A stretch of 64,000 nt of DNA from a virus (taxonomy: Duplodnaviria; Caudoviricetes): positions 1-64,000 of IMG/VR virus record IMGVR_UViG_3300026522_000023; one strand, 5' to 3'. The first letter of the stretch is position 1. Every line of letters begins with the position of its first letter. Below are positions 44,961 to 58,047 of this stretch, piece by piece. Under the pieces are notes generated by a model. That model had not been told where the DNA came from. It did no database searches and saw only the letters and a program-made list of their open reading frames with translations. Made by a program: the position numbers and the translations under genes.

Positions 44961-45003
44961 AATTAGGGTAGATAGATTTTACCTTCTATCTACCCTAATT
45001 TTT
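44961..45003 (-). terminator. Terminator-like hairpin
   Basis: AATTAGGGTAGATAGA/TCTATCTACCCTAATT flanked by A and T tracts. Confidence 0.7.
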
Positions 45004-45033
45004 AATTAAATTAAATAATCAACATTTGGCCGA

Positions 45034-45234
45034 TTATTCTTCATACCATTCTTCTAATTCATCTTCTGGAACAAGAGGAGATACAGTATAATATTCTTTA
45101 CCATCTTTAGTAACTCGTTTACCATAATCAGCATATAATCTATACATTTTCATAGCAGTAACTCCAGGTAAATGAACGCCAGTCTCAATCGTTCCATTAG
45201 TACCTACATATCTATAAATTGTATCTTTTTCCAT
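45034..45234 (-). CDS. Small hypothetical structural-region protein
   Basis: ORF track; AAGGAG RBS. Confidence 0.7.
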   Translation of the reverse strand: MEKDTIYRYVGTNGTIETGVHLPGVTAMKMYRLYADYGKRVTKDGKEYYTVSPLVPEDELEEWYEE

Positions 45235-45245
45235 AAAAATTCTCC

Positions 45246-48200
45246 TTATCTTACAATTGGATCAAAAGTATATTGACAACCACTATTCTAAATATTAGAA
45301 ATTACTTCATTCATTGCTGCCATAATAGAACTTTCAAATTGAGCACGATAATAATATCTAATAGTACCAGTATACTTATTGCCCTTAGTTGGACCAAATG
45401 CAGTAGATTGAGTTAAAGAATTTGGCATACAAGCAAACTAACTTAATGGATATTTATTAGTACCTAACTGAATTAATAAAGCACCAGTTATTGGATATAC
45501 ATTATCAACTTTGCTACCAATAATATGCATACGACCAAAAGAATTACTATTTAAATTAAGTACTCCGTCTTTACATCCTTCTAAAACGAAAGATTTAGTT
45601 TTTCCACCAATTTGTGTTTCCTAAAAAGCATAACTACCAATATATAAACCTTTTAAGGAAGAGGAATAAGGAATACGTTCAACCTAATTTAAATTGGTTT
45701 TATAGAATGTATAATCACCTATTTTTTCTAAACAATCACTAAATTCAAAATACTATAAATTAGTTGCACCAAAAAATGTTCTACTATCTATTAAAGAAAT
45801 TTTATTACTCAATTTTGGACTAAAATAAATACCAGTAACATTAGTATTCATAATAAAAGCTGTTGCACTTTGACTACCACTAGTATTTTCAATACGAGTA
45901 ATAGATTGTCCATTATAAGTTGATGGCAATGTAATTTTTCCTCCTAAATATTTACACATATCAAAGAAATGTATGTAATAAGTATTATTAGAAGTATCTT
46001 TTCTTATTTCATAATATTGATGATTATCATCATTTTCTAAGATATTATCATAAACATTAACTAATTCTCCAATAGCATAGAAGGTACGATCAGCATATGC
46101 TAACTGTTTATTTAAATCAATTCTTACGCCATCTGGACTATCAGCAGCCCAGCCTGTTTGTTTCCAAGTTGTTTCAAAAGAAATCAATCCTTGCGCTGGA
46201 CGTGTTTCATCAGTATTAAAGTCATCCGCGTTGTTCTTATAGTAATAGAAATTATTAGGAACGGTGATTCTAGTACCGTATAAATAAGTTCCAGTTATCT
46301 TAGAAATACCATCACCATTCACAAAAGTAATTTCATATGATTTACGTTCGAATCCTGCAGTAAATACATAGTCTAATTTATTTGAATTTAACGTTAAGGT
46401 ATTCCAATTGTTTGAAGTAATCTAATCCTTTTTGTTTTCGTCTTTATCAACTGTAATTATGAAATTATTATTTTCATCTTTCCAGCCTTTAAAATCATCA
46501 ATAGGACGCTTTTCCTACAAAGTACCAAATGAAATATAATTATTCTTTGTTTTATCTGTAGGATCATCAAAGAAGGTTTGAGAAGAAGAACCGTCAGCAT
46601 TCTTAATTAACTTCTAAGTTTTTAAGATTTCTTGAGCAATAACATTTCCATCTTCATCTGTTTCTTCAACAATAAATTTTACAGAGTATTCCTTATTAAC
46701 ATTTTTTACAAAAATTGTTAAATTAGGATAAATAGATTGAAGTTCATTTTGAATAATATGCTCATCAATAGCTTCATTATTTTCAATATATACAATACCT
46801 GTGATATTAGGATTTTTCTAGTTTATACCTTTAAAAGTATTATCTTTATTATAAATCTAAGATTCATCATAAATTTTCTTTAGTAAGTCAGTGTAATTTA
46901 CTATTTTACTATGGATTTCCTCATAGCCATTTACCGTTTCATCAAGGTAGTAAATTAATCCATTCTTAATATCTAACGTAGTAATTTTACTAACTTCATT
47001 ATATGGGATTACATCTAATTGAAAATGTCCGTTATCTTTAAAGTATTGAACATTATCAGGATCTAATTCAATTTTATCATCATTCAATAATCTATATGGA
47101 CTCCATTGAACATCAACAAAATTAATTTCGCAATCTTTTAAATTACTTTTTTTACAACCAAGATAATAACGTCTTAATAACTCATAACTATAATATCCAA
47201 GATTGCCGCCTTCAATATCCATAGTTTTAATTTTAGTTTCAATTTGGTCATCATCTTTATCTGTTAAATTCTAGATATATAATCCTTTATTTTCATCTGC
47301 TACAACCAATCGTCTTGTAGTCGAATTAAGCGTAGGATTAACATAAGTAGTAATTAATTTATTTAATAAATTTGCTTCAATTAAAGTTAAATAATTAGTT
47401 TCACTAGTTAAATAAAGCGTATCTAATGCTACGCCTTTTGCAAATTCTACTCTTGGAATATTAGATCCAGTATTTCTAAAATTTTCTAATTTTTCACTTT
47501 TAGTTAAATTTAATGCTGGCTAATCTTTCTTAAAAGTAATATTACATAGATTCATTTCTTTTAATAAAGGCATACCAGTTTTAGGATAAGACCAATCATT
47601 AACATCTTTATTAAAATAAGCATATGGCTAACCATCTTCAATAGCAAGACCATCATAACCCAATAATAAATCTGTCATTTTATCTGCTTTACCTTCCATA
47701 GCAAATTCTTGGAAATATAATTTACTTAAATCTCCTAAAGATTTCATCTAATCAGTACCATAAATATAATATAACTATTCACGATAATTACCACTAGACA
47801 TAATACCTTTCTTTAAATCAGGAGCCGTAAATTTAACTGGACTTAATCCATTATATTTCTAAGAAGCAAAATTTGCTCCATCAGTACCAACAGTAACATA
47901 TGAATTACGTGCTGGCTACATTTCAATCCAATATTCGCCGTCAAAAATATGATTCTTTTCACCATATTCAATATTATCTTTCCAATATTGAGCATTAGTA
48001 ACTAAATTAGTCATACCTTGAGTATTAGTACCTTCAATCCATTTATCAGAAGTATTCTTTGGGTTATTCGCAGAAATACGACTTCTAATAAAATTACCTC
48101 CACTACCACTAGCATAACCATCAACAGTTAACCAAGAATCAATATAGTTAAGACGATTAGATAAAAATTGCGCGCGATATAAGTTACGGTCACCCTATAA

Positions 48201-51200
48201 AGCATAAAAATATTGGTCAGTTTCTACCGCATATTTGCCTTCATTAGTTAAACGACCAAATATAGTATTTTCAGCGGCTGAATTAGTAGGAATAATATAT
48301 TTATATTCTTCATCTAAATTTAATGCCAATAATGGGCGGTCACCCTTCACAGCATAACTATCAGGGAACACTGAAGGATCAGTTTTATACCATTTATCAA
48401 CAATCGCACTTTTATCACTATTGGTATCAGAATCTTTAGCAAAAATCTAAGTTACTTTAGATGGAGTATAAGACCCATTACTAAATCCCATTAATTGCTT
48501 ATATTTATCTACAATTTTGCTCTTAAAAAATTGATAAAAATTATTCCACAATACACTATCATTAGTAGAAAAACTTCCATCAATAGTGGCATCAACGTAA
48601 TATTCAAATGATGGAATACCAGTATTATTAATACCTAATTGAGTATCAATATCATAGAAAATTGGATACCAAATATAATGTTGAATTCCAGTCGCTTTTT
48701 CGATATTATTCTTTTGTGGACCCCACGAAGCAAACATCGCATTTTTACCACGAGAGTCATAACATTCAAAAATTTCAGTCATTAAGAAATAAGTTGCTAA
48801 ATATTCAATATTAAAATAATTACTTAACTCATTCTTAAATTTTGTTTGACGATATTCTTTACAATCTTTAGTATATGTTACTCCACCATAAGTAACAGGA
48901 GCCGGTAATAACCATCTATCATCAATATTAGCTTCATTCTGAATTAACTAATAATAAGATTCATTGGCATTAAATCTATCATTACTAATAGTATAAATAT
49001 TATTTTTTTCATCTTGTAAAATATAGTATATACCAGTCTTATAAACTTTATTTTCATTATTAGTTAAAGTAATTAAATTATAATCTATTCCATTTAATTT
49101 ATAATACTTTATTTCAGAATTAAATTCATCATTAGAAATTCCATATATATCATTACCCGCATCATTAGTTCCGGTAACTACATAATATTTTCCTTTTTCG
49201 TATAAAGCTTCTGCTAATCCATCTACTAAATTATATTGACCAATAGAAGGAATTTCATATAAAGTTCCACCAAAATCAATACTACAATCTAAGCAAGTAC
49301 TCCAAACCCAACTAACAGCATCCTCCCAGTTAGACATTAATGCTAGTAATAATTCACGAGAGGTATTAGCATTAGTACTATCAAATTTAACAGATTCCTA
49401 CCCTGGATTTGTAATAGTTATTTCAGTAGATTGTTGACCCGTAGTTTCATCAGTAATTTTATTAACTTTGATTCTATCTGGAGCCGTATTGGCTATACCA
49501 TTAACCCAGTCAGGTAAATCATCAGCGTAACTACCTGAAGCAGTATCTTTACATTCGAATAAAGCTTTTGAAATTAAATCATCATTAGCATTATATCTAA
49601 CTTCAAAAGAATCGGCTACCATTGGAGCACCATGAGTAGTTACCCCATTATTATTATCCATAATTGGAGGTCTAAATGATAATTTATAACGATTCCAAGG
49701 ATCGCGGAAAGAACAATAAGTTCTTGAGTTATTCTAGAACTCCCAACATTCAGCAATATCTCTTACTTTTGGTTTTCCTTCAATCTAATTCTATAAAACT
49801 TTTTTATTAGGCTTAAATCCAAAACATTCATCAGAGCCTTTGTCCAATAACATATTATATTTACCAATATATATAATATCACTTTCATTATTATATTGAT
49901 TATTATTGTCTGAAGGCCAATGGAAAGCTAAAACAGGGAATCCTTTCATGGAAGTTCTATAGTCATCAGTATTTCCATATAAATCATAGTTATCAAAAGA
50001 ATCTTTATAATCACAAATTGGATGCTATGAATAAGTTCCATTAACCAAATTAGCAAAACCTCGGTTATAATCACCAGAAGATTCCATAAAATCTATTTTT
50101 AATGTAAATTTATTTGTACCGACTGTCTCATTATCCATATAGAAGAATTCAATAAAGCATTTGCTATTTTTATTTAAAGTATTATTAGTTTTATCTTCTT
50201 CATATAATTTTTCAAATGGACCTTTATTCATAAACATTACATTTTTACATTTAGCTTTATAATTACGACGAGGATAATTTCTAGAAGAAGTTCCCTAAAC
50301 CTAAAAAGTACATCCATCAATAGTAGTAGTAAAACTAGGACAATGATGCATATAATAATTTTGGACAGGAGTGTAAATAACTTCTTTAGTTACACTATCC
50401 AAAATCGGAGGCCATTTTACAGGATCTAAATTTACTATATTATCTAGTTCACCACGAGCATAGGCAGCATCCAAAGGTACATTTATAAATTCTAAAGTAC
50501 CCGCTTGCGCGCCTTTATCTTTAGAATAAGGCAATCTATTCTAAGTATTTTCATTATTATTAGCAGTAGTTCGTAAAATAATATATGGCATCAAAGGTTC
50601 ATCTTGATGAGCGCTATTATAAGCTTTCATTCGCTGATAAGAAAAAACTTCATCTTGAATATCAGCTCGAGATTCATATAAATCTTTCTAATCCCAATAC
50701 TTAATATTTTTTTTATCAAAAGCATAATTCTATACAACTTCATGAATAGATAAATCTGTGTCATATACTCTAATACTATACAAATCAATATCACAAGTAT
50801 TAGACATAAATTTAATTACATCAGAATTAATACTCCACATTGAAGAACCACTACGACGAGCAACGCTAGTTAAAACACCATTCATAAAAATTTCTAATAA
50901 CTTAGAGTTGCCACCAACCATGCCTTCTTTTGCCTTTGTATAAACAAAAGTTAAATTTAACATCTTATCTTCAACAAAATCAACAGATACAGTTTCTTCT
51001 TTGCCATTTGCAGTAAATGTAGCGTCCTATGGACTAAAATAAATACCCAATGGATCTTCTTCTGAGCCATAAGCGCAAATTAAATTATTTTTTAAATCAA
51101 AAATCTACTCTAATCTATCATAAGTTAATTCATCATAAGTTGGAACTTCTGGATGTTTAGGTAAATATTCCTAAGTTAAGAAAGTATCATAATTTAAATA

Positions 51201-53021
51201 TGTACTCTGATTTCGGAATTCTTTCCAAGCATCATCATCAGTCCAATCCTATTTAGAAGAATCTGCTTCATCACTGGCTTTATAACGAGTATATTTAGTA
51301 ATAACCTTAGTATAATTCTAAGGATTTCTAATTTTAAATTGAATTTCAATAGTATGCGTAGAGGTAGCACTACCATTATCAAACTCCAATGAACCAATAG
51401 GAATAGAAATTTCAGCACCATTACTAATTCTTAAACAAGTTACATTATTTTCATCAAATAGCCAACCATTATTATACCAGTTAAAATTCTTAAACGTTGC
51501 ACGCTTACCATTAATTTCAAGAGTTTCTCTGCTTAATTTACTTTCTGAATTTGAACGTCCAGTAGCAACAAAATTAACTTTTAAATCACTTTCACGCGCT
51601 AACTTCATATCACGTAATGGATCAACTGAAATATCAAAAGTAAAATTACGAGAATAATCATACGGTTCTGTACCGACTTTAATAGTATAATAAGCGCTAT
51701 CATTTACAGCAAGATTAGTAATTTCCCAATATTCCCATTCAGCATTATTAGAAGTAATTTGTCTTGTACCAATTAATACACCATTTTTATATAAATAGAC
51801 TGTGGCAATTTGATTATTTGGATCTAATACTTTAAAAGGAATTCTAATTGTTTCATAAGTATAGTATTCTGTTTTAAAATTACCAGTCCAAATTAAAGGA
51901 ATTAAGCTCGTTCTATCTCTAATAGCAATTTCTTTAGTAATAAATGGCGTTCCATTACCTTTTATTCCATTCTAAGATAAATATAATTTTGCTTTAATAG
52001 TATGTTCTCCATGAGTAAAAACATCTTTTAAAGTAGTCGCTTTAGTTGAATTTAAAATAACTGTATCAGCAGTAATAGTAAAATCATCATTAGCTTGATT
52101 AATGTTATCTCCTTTATATTCTCTATTCAAAACTAGATAATCATCAAAATATACTTCTATAGTACGTTCTACTCCACTTGACATTAACCATGCTGTTCTC
52201 ACTGAACCATCATCAAAAGGATAAATATTAGAAAAATTATCTTCTTTCCAAGATAAATCCAAAGCATGTTTTGTAATAAATACAGTACGTTTAGTTGGAG
52301 CTAAAAATTTATTATTTTCAGGGTCTGGATTGTTAGTAATATCAAAAGTAATTTGATGAGTAGTTGAATCTCTTAATACTTCTGTTAAATCAAATGTTTG
52401 AGCAACATTATGATTGAATACAACTCTATCACTTTGCCAAATTACTTCATATCCTTCGCCAGATTTGCTTTGCTAGCTAACTGTTATTTGACCTTCTACA
52501 GACTCTGCTTGCGGCACGTTATCTATAGTACGGCACTTAACTAAAACAGTCACACTAGCCTATTCATTATTTAAAATATCTTGTGTACAATTTAAAGTTA
52601 AAGAAGTAGAACCTAGTACTTTTTTTTCAGAGCTTTCGTCACTTCCCCCACCCATTGTTAATTTTTCACATTTTGCACATTCTTCTCGATCTTCATTTAA
52701 TCCAGTTCCTATAATGCGATAAAAGCATCCATCTGAATTTAAAATTAAATCATTTATATGATAATTTGTTGTTGATAACTTACCAATCTCAATTAAATAA
52801 TCAATAGGATTCTCATCTATATCATATTCAATTTCTGCGTTATCATCAGTACCATATATTACCTATACGCCACTAGAACCAATGGGTAATTTATTCTCGT
52901 CGGCAGTATCTAAATAAATGCGGCCAGTATCAGTGGCAACATAAAAATATCCTTCAGTCTAAGGAAAATTTTTAATCTTTTCTTCTAGGCCTTGTACTGG
53001 ACGGAAATGAATTTTAGACAT
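45246..53021 (-). CDS. Giant (~2591 aa) virion-region protein: fibre-like N-terminus, LamG-like domain, CotH-kinase-like domain, LRR/BspA-like C-terminus
   Basis: Ten track fragments share one frame; QGTSSRNYPRRNYK, FTLKIDFMESS, GFPVLAF, YIGKYN, DSRGKN, WYPIFYDIDTQLG; IGDYTF/IGSYAF repeats. Absence of TAA/TGA was spot-checked, not fully verified. Confidence 0.75.
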
Positions 53022-53043
53022 ATTTTACTCCTTTCTATCCTAT

Positions 53044-53088
53044 AAAAAAATTATGGGGAAAGAAGAACACCTTCTTTCCCCATAAAAA
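53044..53088 (-). terminator. Terminator-like hairpin
   Basis: TTATGGGGAAAGAAG/CTTCTTTCCCCATAA with a 7-A tract. Confidence 0.75.
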
Positions 53089-53141
53089 CATTCTTCTATA
53101 TAAGAAGAAAAAATTATAAGCAAAATTAATTTATATTGGCC

Positions 53142-54827
53142 TTAAAAGCTACCCCATTGTAATTCAACATTAATTTTAGCAGCTTCTGTACTACTACCAT
53201 TAACACACTCAACAGCTAATGTGTTACTATTAATTGCAATAGGAGCTAATTCTGTATCTACTTTATCTACTTTAACTACTGGAGTTAAAATATTACCATT
53301 ACCAGCATGAGGAGCAGCTTCAATTATAGCATGAGTATCTTTTAATGTATAAGTTTTAGGAGTAACTTGTAAAATATGACCATTACTATCAATTTCAGTA
53401 GGATCTTGAATAGTAATTTCTAAACTACCATTTGAACCATATTCAAGAGTTTTAGAAATAGCAGTAGCATTTGATTTCTTTGTTGCTACATGTTTTAAGG
53501 TAACTACTTTTGTTTTATTAGTAGTAACTGCTTCAACTTGCAAACTATCATCGGTAGCAATTTCAAAAGTAAGAAGTTCATCATCTAATCCTCTAAAAAT
53601 TGAGAAATTAGGATTAGATTTATTAGCTCCTAATGTATCACCAATTTCAACTAAAGGTTCATCTGCCGAAGGCACATAGACCCAAGTTAATTCATCGCTA
53701 GGAATTAAACCATTTGCCCCTTCTTCACCAGAAGCAATAAATAAATCTCCTTGACGTACCTTATAACCATTATATAAACTCTCATTGGCATCATTATAAA
53801 TAAATACATCACCATTATGCAAATTAGAAGTAGTATAATTTGTATTTTCAAATGTAAATACTCCATCAGCAATTCTAGTAATGGCTCCACGATAAACCAT
53901 TGCATTTAATGTACGATTAAGATTATCAATTTCATCTTTTGTATATACATCTAAAGTAGCCGCTCCATCTGTAAAATGGACAGAAACTGGATCATCAACA
54001 CCATAAGTAATAAGAGGATCAATGGTCTAAGAAATTTGTTGACCTTCAACGGCACTACCAGTAACAGTAAATTTAAAACCTTCTCTTGCATTATCAACAG
54101 TAAAATCTTCAACTTTATTCTTTAAAGTTAATTTATACTAATTAGATTCTGCATTAACAGTTTCAAAATTTAAATTATCATCTGGAATAATAGCAACAGT
54201 AGTGCCGCTATCATTTTCAACACCAATATTTTTTAAAGTAATATTTAATTTTTGATGAGTTGTATCTTCAGCAGAAACATTTTCAATAGAACTCTATAAT
54301 TTATAATCAATACCATCTAATTTAAAAGTTACAATATTATGAATAGTATCTACATCAAGAGTAATATGTTCTCCACCGACAAGAGTATGAACTTGAGTAA
54401 TTGAATTTCCAGCACTATCAGCAATAGTCTAAGTAATTGTCGCTTTATTTGCTTCCGGATAACCTACTTCAATTGAACTAGTTTCACTACTTAGCGTAGT
54501 ATCAACATTAGTCTAAACCCAATTTTTACCATTACTAATACAAAGAATATTATCCTTATTAACATAGTAAAAATTACCTGCATTTAATGCATTAGGAGTT
54601 GGTAAGTTTGCGGTAGTTTCAACATTCGTAATACCCTAATTAACAGGGGCAATATTAGTCGAATTAACACCATAATATAATCTACCTGGTTTGCCTAACG
54701 AATCAGCAGTTGCTCCAGCAGTATCATCAATTACTAAATAAAAAGCACCAGGCTAATATCTGCCAGCTGCACATAAAGCTTCAAATTGGGCTTGAGTACC
54801 TTTTAAAAATTTTACAGCTTCACTCAT
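53142..54827 (-). CDS. Putative tail fibre-like structural protein (561 aa)
   Basis: MSEAVKFLKGTQ..GAFYL..GRLYY; AMVYRG; ends LQWGSF. Confidence 0.65.
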
Positions 54828-54835
54828 TTATTATT

Positions 54836-55519
54836 TCACTCTCCTTTAATATCTTTCCAAGTTAAAGTATTTTCAAGAGCACTTACACGATTAGTTAAAT
54901 CAGTAGAAGTCTCTAAGAATGTATTAACTTGACTTATAGTTTCCTCAGATAATGTACCAACAACTTTTTTCCAAATACCATCAGCTGCTAAAAATCTATC
55001 AGCAGAACCCTTAGTTGGCACAGGAACTAAACCGCTAATACCATCTTCAGTTTCAGTAGCTCCTGTCATTATTGTACCAACAGGAATTGACATCCATGCA
55101 CCGCTGTCAGTTAGAACTTTTCCTTCAATGCCATTTGGATTAACTGGGATAAGTCCATTTTCAGTACCATTAAAAACAGGAATACATTTAACAACATTTT
55201 CTTTTGTTAAAATTCTATCAACCAATGAACTAATTAAAGTTTCATTATTAGTTAATTGAGTATTAACCCAACGAGTACCATTATAAATTAATACATCATC
55301 AGTATTTAAATTATTGATAACTATATCAGCTAATTCTGATAGCTTACCAGCAGTATTTAAACCACTACTAATTAAACGAGTACCTAAATATAATTTACCT
55401 GAATTATCTTCAGCACTAGTAATAAAGTATAAAGTATCTTCATCCTTAATCTTTAAAGAATCATAAGCGACTTGAGAACCTCTTTGGAATTTAACATATT
55501 TTTGGGTAATATCTGGCAA
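54836..55519 (-). CDS. Putative tail fibre-like structural protein
   Basis: VKFQRG..DTLYF..LYLG, DVLIYNGTRWVN, GLVPVP..FLAADG.W; TTG start chosen by RBS spacing. Confidence 0.65.
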   Translation of the reverse strand: MPDITQKYVKFQRGSQVAYDSLKIKDEDTLYFITSAEDNSGKLYLGTRLISSGLNTAGKLSELADIVINNLNTDDVLIYNGTRWVNTQLTNNETLISSLVDRILTKENVVKCIPVFNGTENGLIPVNPNGIEGKVLTDSGAWMSIPVGTIMTGATETEDGISGLVPVPTKGSADRFLAADGIWKKVVGTLSEETISQVNTFLETSTDLTNRVSALENTLTWKDIKGE

Positions 55520-55612
55520 TTTAATCACTCCTTTTTCTGTTTCTCCTTTTATTTATAAAAGTTATCTCAATAAATTTATAAAAGCTTGGCCTATTAGACC
55601 AAGCCTTTATTA

Positions 55613-57685
55613 TTAACTAGTTGGTGTAGAATTATCTTCTAATATTTTAATTCTTTCTGCTAATGTATCAATATATGCACATAATTGTTGAATAGTTTTA
55701 CTGTCGTTATTTACAGTAAATTTATCAGTTGTCTAAATATATGTATTTGGAATTGAATCTAATTTCGCATTCCAAGCAAGTCTTTCATCTGAAGTAATAT
55801 GAGTATCACTTTTAATATGAGTATCTAATTTAGTTTCTAAAGGAGATAATTTATTAGTAACTTCTGTATCCCAATCACTAATTTTAACATGAGTTAATGA
55901 TGGAATATCATCTACTTTTAATGATGTTCTTGTTACTTTAATCTTACCTTTTTCTTCTGATACAGCAGTAACAAATTCTTTACTTATTGCCTAATCTTCA
56001 ACTTTTAATGTATCAATCTTATCATTTATATAATTTTCTGCCGCACTTAAATTCGAAGCTAATTTAGTTGAAATTGCGTTAATACTATCTTTTAAGGTAG
56101 AAGTACTATTAAGCCCCAAATCAGCATTTGTATAATCTTTAACACCAATTTGTAAATTACCTAAATAATCTTTTATTTCAACGAATTTTCCATTTTCTGG
56201 AGTAAAAGTTAAGCTTGTAATTACATTACCAGTATCATCTGATTGGTAAGAACCTTTTGGGATAGTAATATTTCTAGTCTCGCTCTAAGATACTACATGT
56301 CCACAATCATCTACAGTAAAACTTGGAATTTCTATTGTTTCACCAAACTTAGGAGTCTAATTCACTATTGGCGCTATTGTTGTTTTACCTGCCTCAGAAA
56401 GTTTATGAGACAATTTAAATTCTGTTACTTTTTTAGTATCATTATTAATAGCCTAATATTTAATCCAATTATCACCTGAAATTCCAGCAGACTTAATAAT
56501 CTTATCTCCAGTATCCTTATCTACTTCTGGAGAAGCATATAATAATTTACTAGCTTCTAAATTAACATTATTAAGCTTTTTATTTAATCTATTTAAAGCG
56601 CCAGAAACATTATTAGGATTATAATTTGATTTTCTTTCTTCACCATAAAGTAAGTCATAAACGCGACAAGCAGCATTTCCAAGACCAGGTAATTTAATTA
56701 CAAGATTTTTAATATCATTAGTTTTATATTCACCTGTTATACCGTCCTATTCAACATCATAATAATAAGGATAATTAGTAGTACCTAAAGTATAAGTAAT
56801 ACTATTTTCTTCATTACTAAAATGATGAATTTTTTCATCAAATCCAGCAGCATTAAAATCAATATTCTAAGGATCTAAATTTAATAAAAAATTAGTAGGC
56901 ACTTGAATACGATAATTAATATTTGTACTATTAATTTCATCAATAGAAACATATGGAGGCCAATAAGGAGTTCCATCAGGATTAGTATAAACAGAATAAT
57001 ATTTTCTATCGGCCACAAAAGGTCCAGTGTCTTGTACATAAGATGTTCCATTAAAATAATAATACTTATTAGGCTAATAAGTATCTTCGTTTAAATCTAT
57101 TAGGGTGTAAATATCTTGTGGTGCTTGAGGTAAAATTTCAAATACTGGAACTATAGTATTTAATTCAGCAATCTATACATATTTTTCTTCATTATTAATG
57201 AATTGTTTAATCCAAACTGTTGAATCATATCCACGTCCATATTTTTGGTAATCAATATCATAATTTAATTTATAGGCTTCATCATCTGGGGTATTTTCTA
57301 TTACACTATATCCAGATAATTTTTTCCATATTTGATTACGTGAACTATTTTCTAATACGCCTTGATAATAATCATATCGAGAACCAGAACTAAAATTTAC
57401 TCTTGCTTTTACTATTTTACGCTCAACCCAAGGAACAATATATATACTATCTCTTTTAGTAGGATCACTATAAAAAGTATTAATACGAGTAGTTAAAGGA
57501 CCATCAGTATAAACTTCTTGAATATCATTTAAAACAGTAGCACCATATTCAACTAATACATAACGTCCTAAAAATACACCATCACCAAGGGCACAATCAG
57601 CATCCATATCACGTCTATTTGCATAAATTTTATCAAAGGAGAATGTAGTCTTTGATGTATTTGTTATATTACCATAAAAACCCAT
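55613..57685 (-). CDS. Putative structural (tail) protein (690 aa)
   Basis: GAGGAGG RBS; MGFYGNIT..FSFDKIY..DGVFLGRYVLVEY; read through TAGs. Confidence 0.65.
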
Positions 57686-57686
57686 A

Positions 57687-58034
57687 TTATCCCTCCTCGT
57701 ATAAAATATCCACAATTAAATAAGCATTGGTATTTTGATTAATTAAATTCATGGAAGCTTTATCAAATTTAATAGAAGTTATATAAGAAATTCCTTCTAA
57801 ATCTAATTCATAAATACCAGTACTTCCAACCATAACACTATTATCACTTTCATTTAAATAAAACTTAACTCCAGGTACTGTCTAAATACCTAACTAAGTA
57901 ATTAATACATTATTACCATTAATTTTAAATGCGGAACCATTAATTAATTTAGTCATACCTAAAGAAGTTCCACCGGGATAATTTTTTACATTATTTTCAT
58001 TGTAATAACGAATCTATTTAATTCGCTTTGCCAT
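57687..58034 (-). CDS. Hypothetical structural-region protein (115 aa)
   Basis: MAKRIKQIRYY..QLGIQTVPGVKFYLN..VGSTGIYEL; needs TAG=Gln. Confidence 0.7.
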
Positions 58035-58047
58035 TTAGTGTTCCTCC

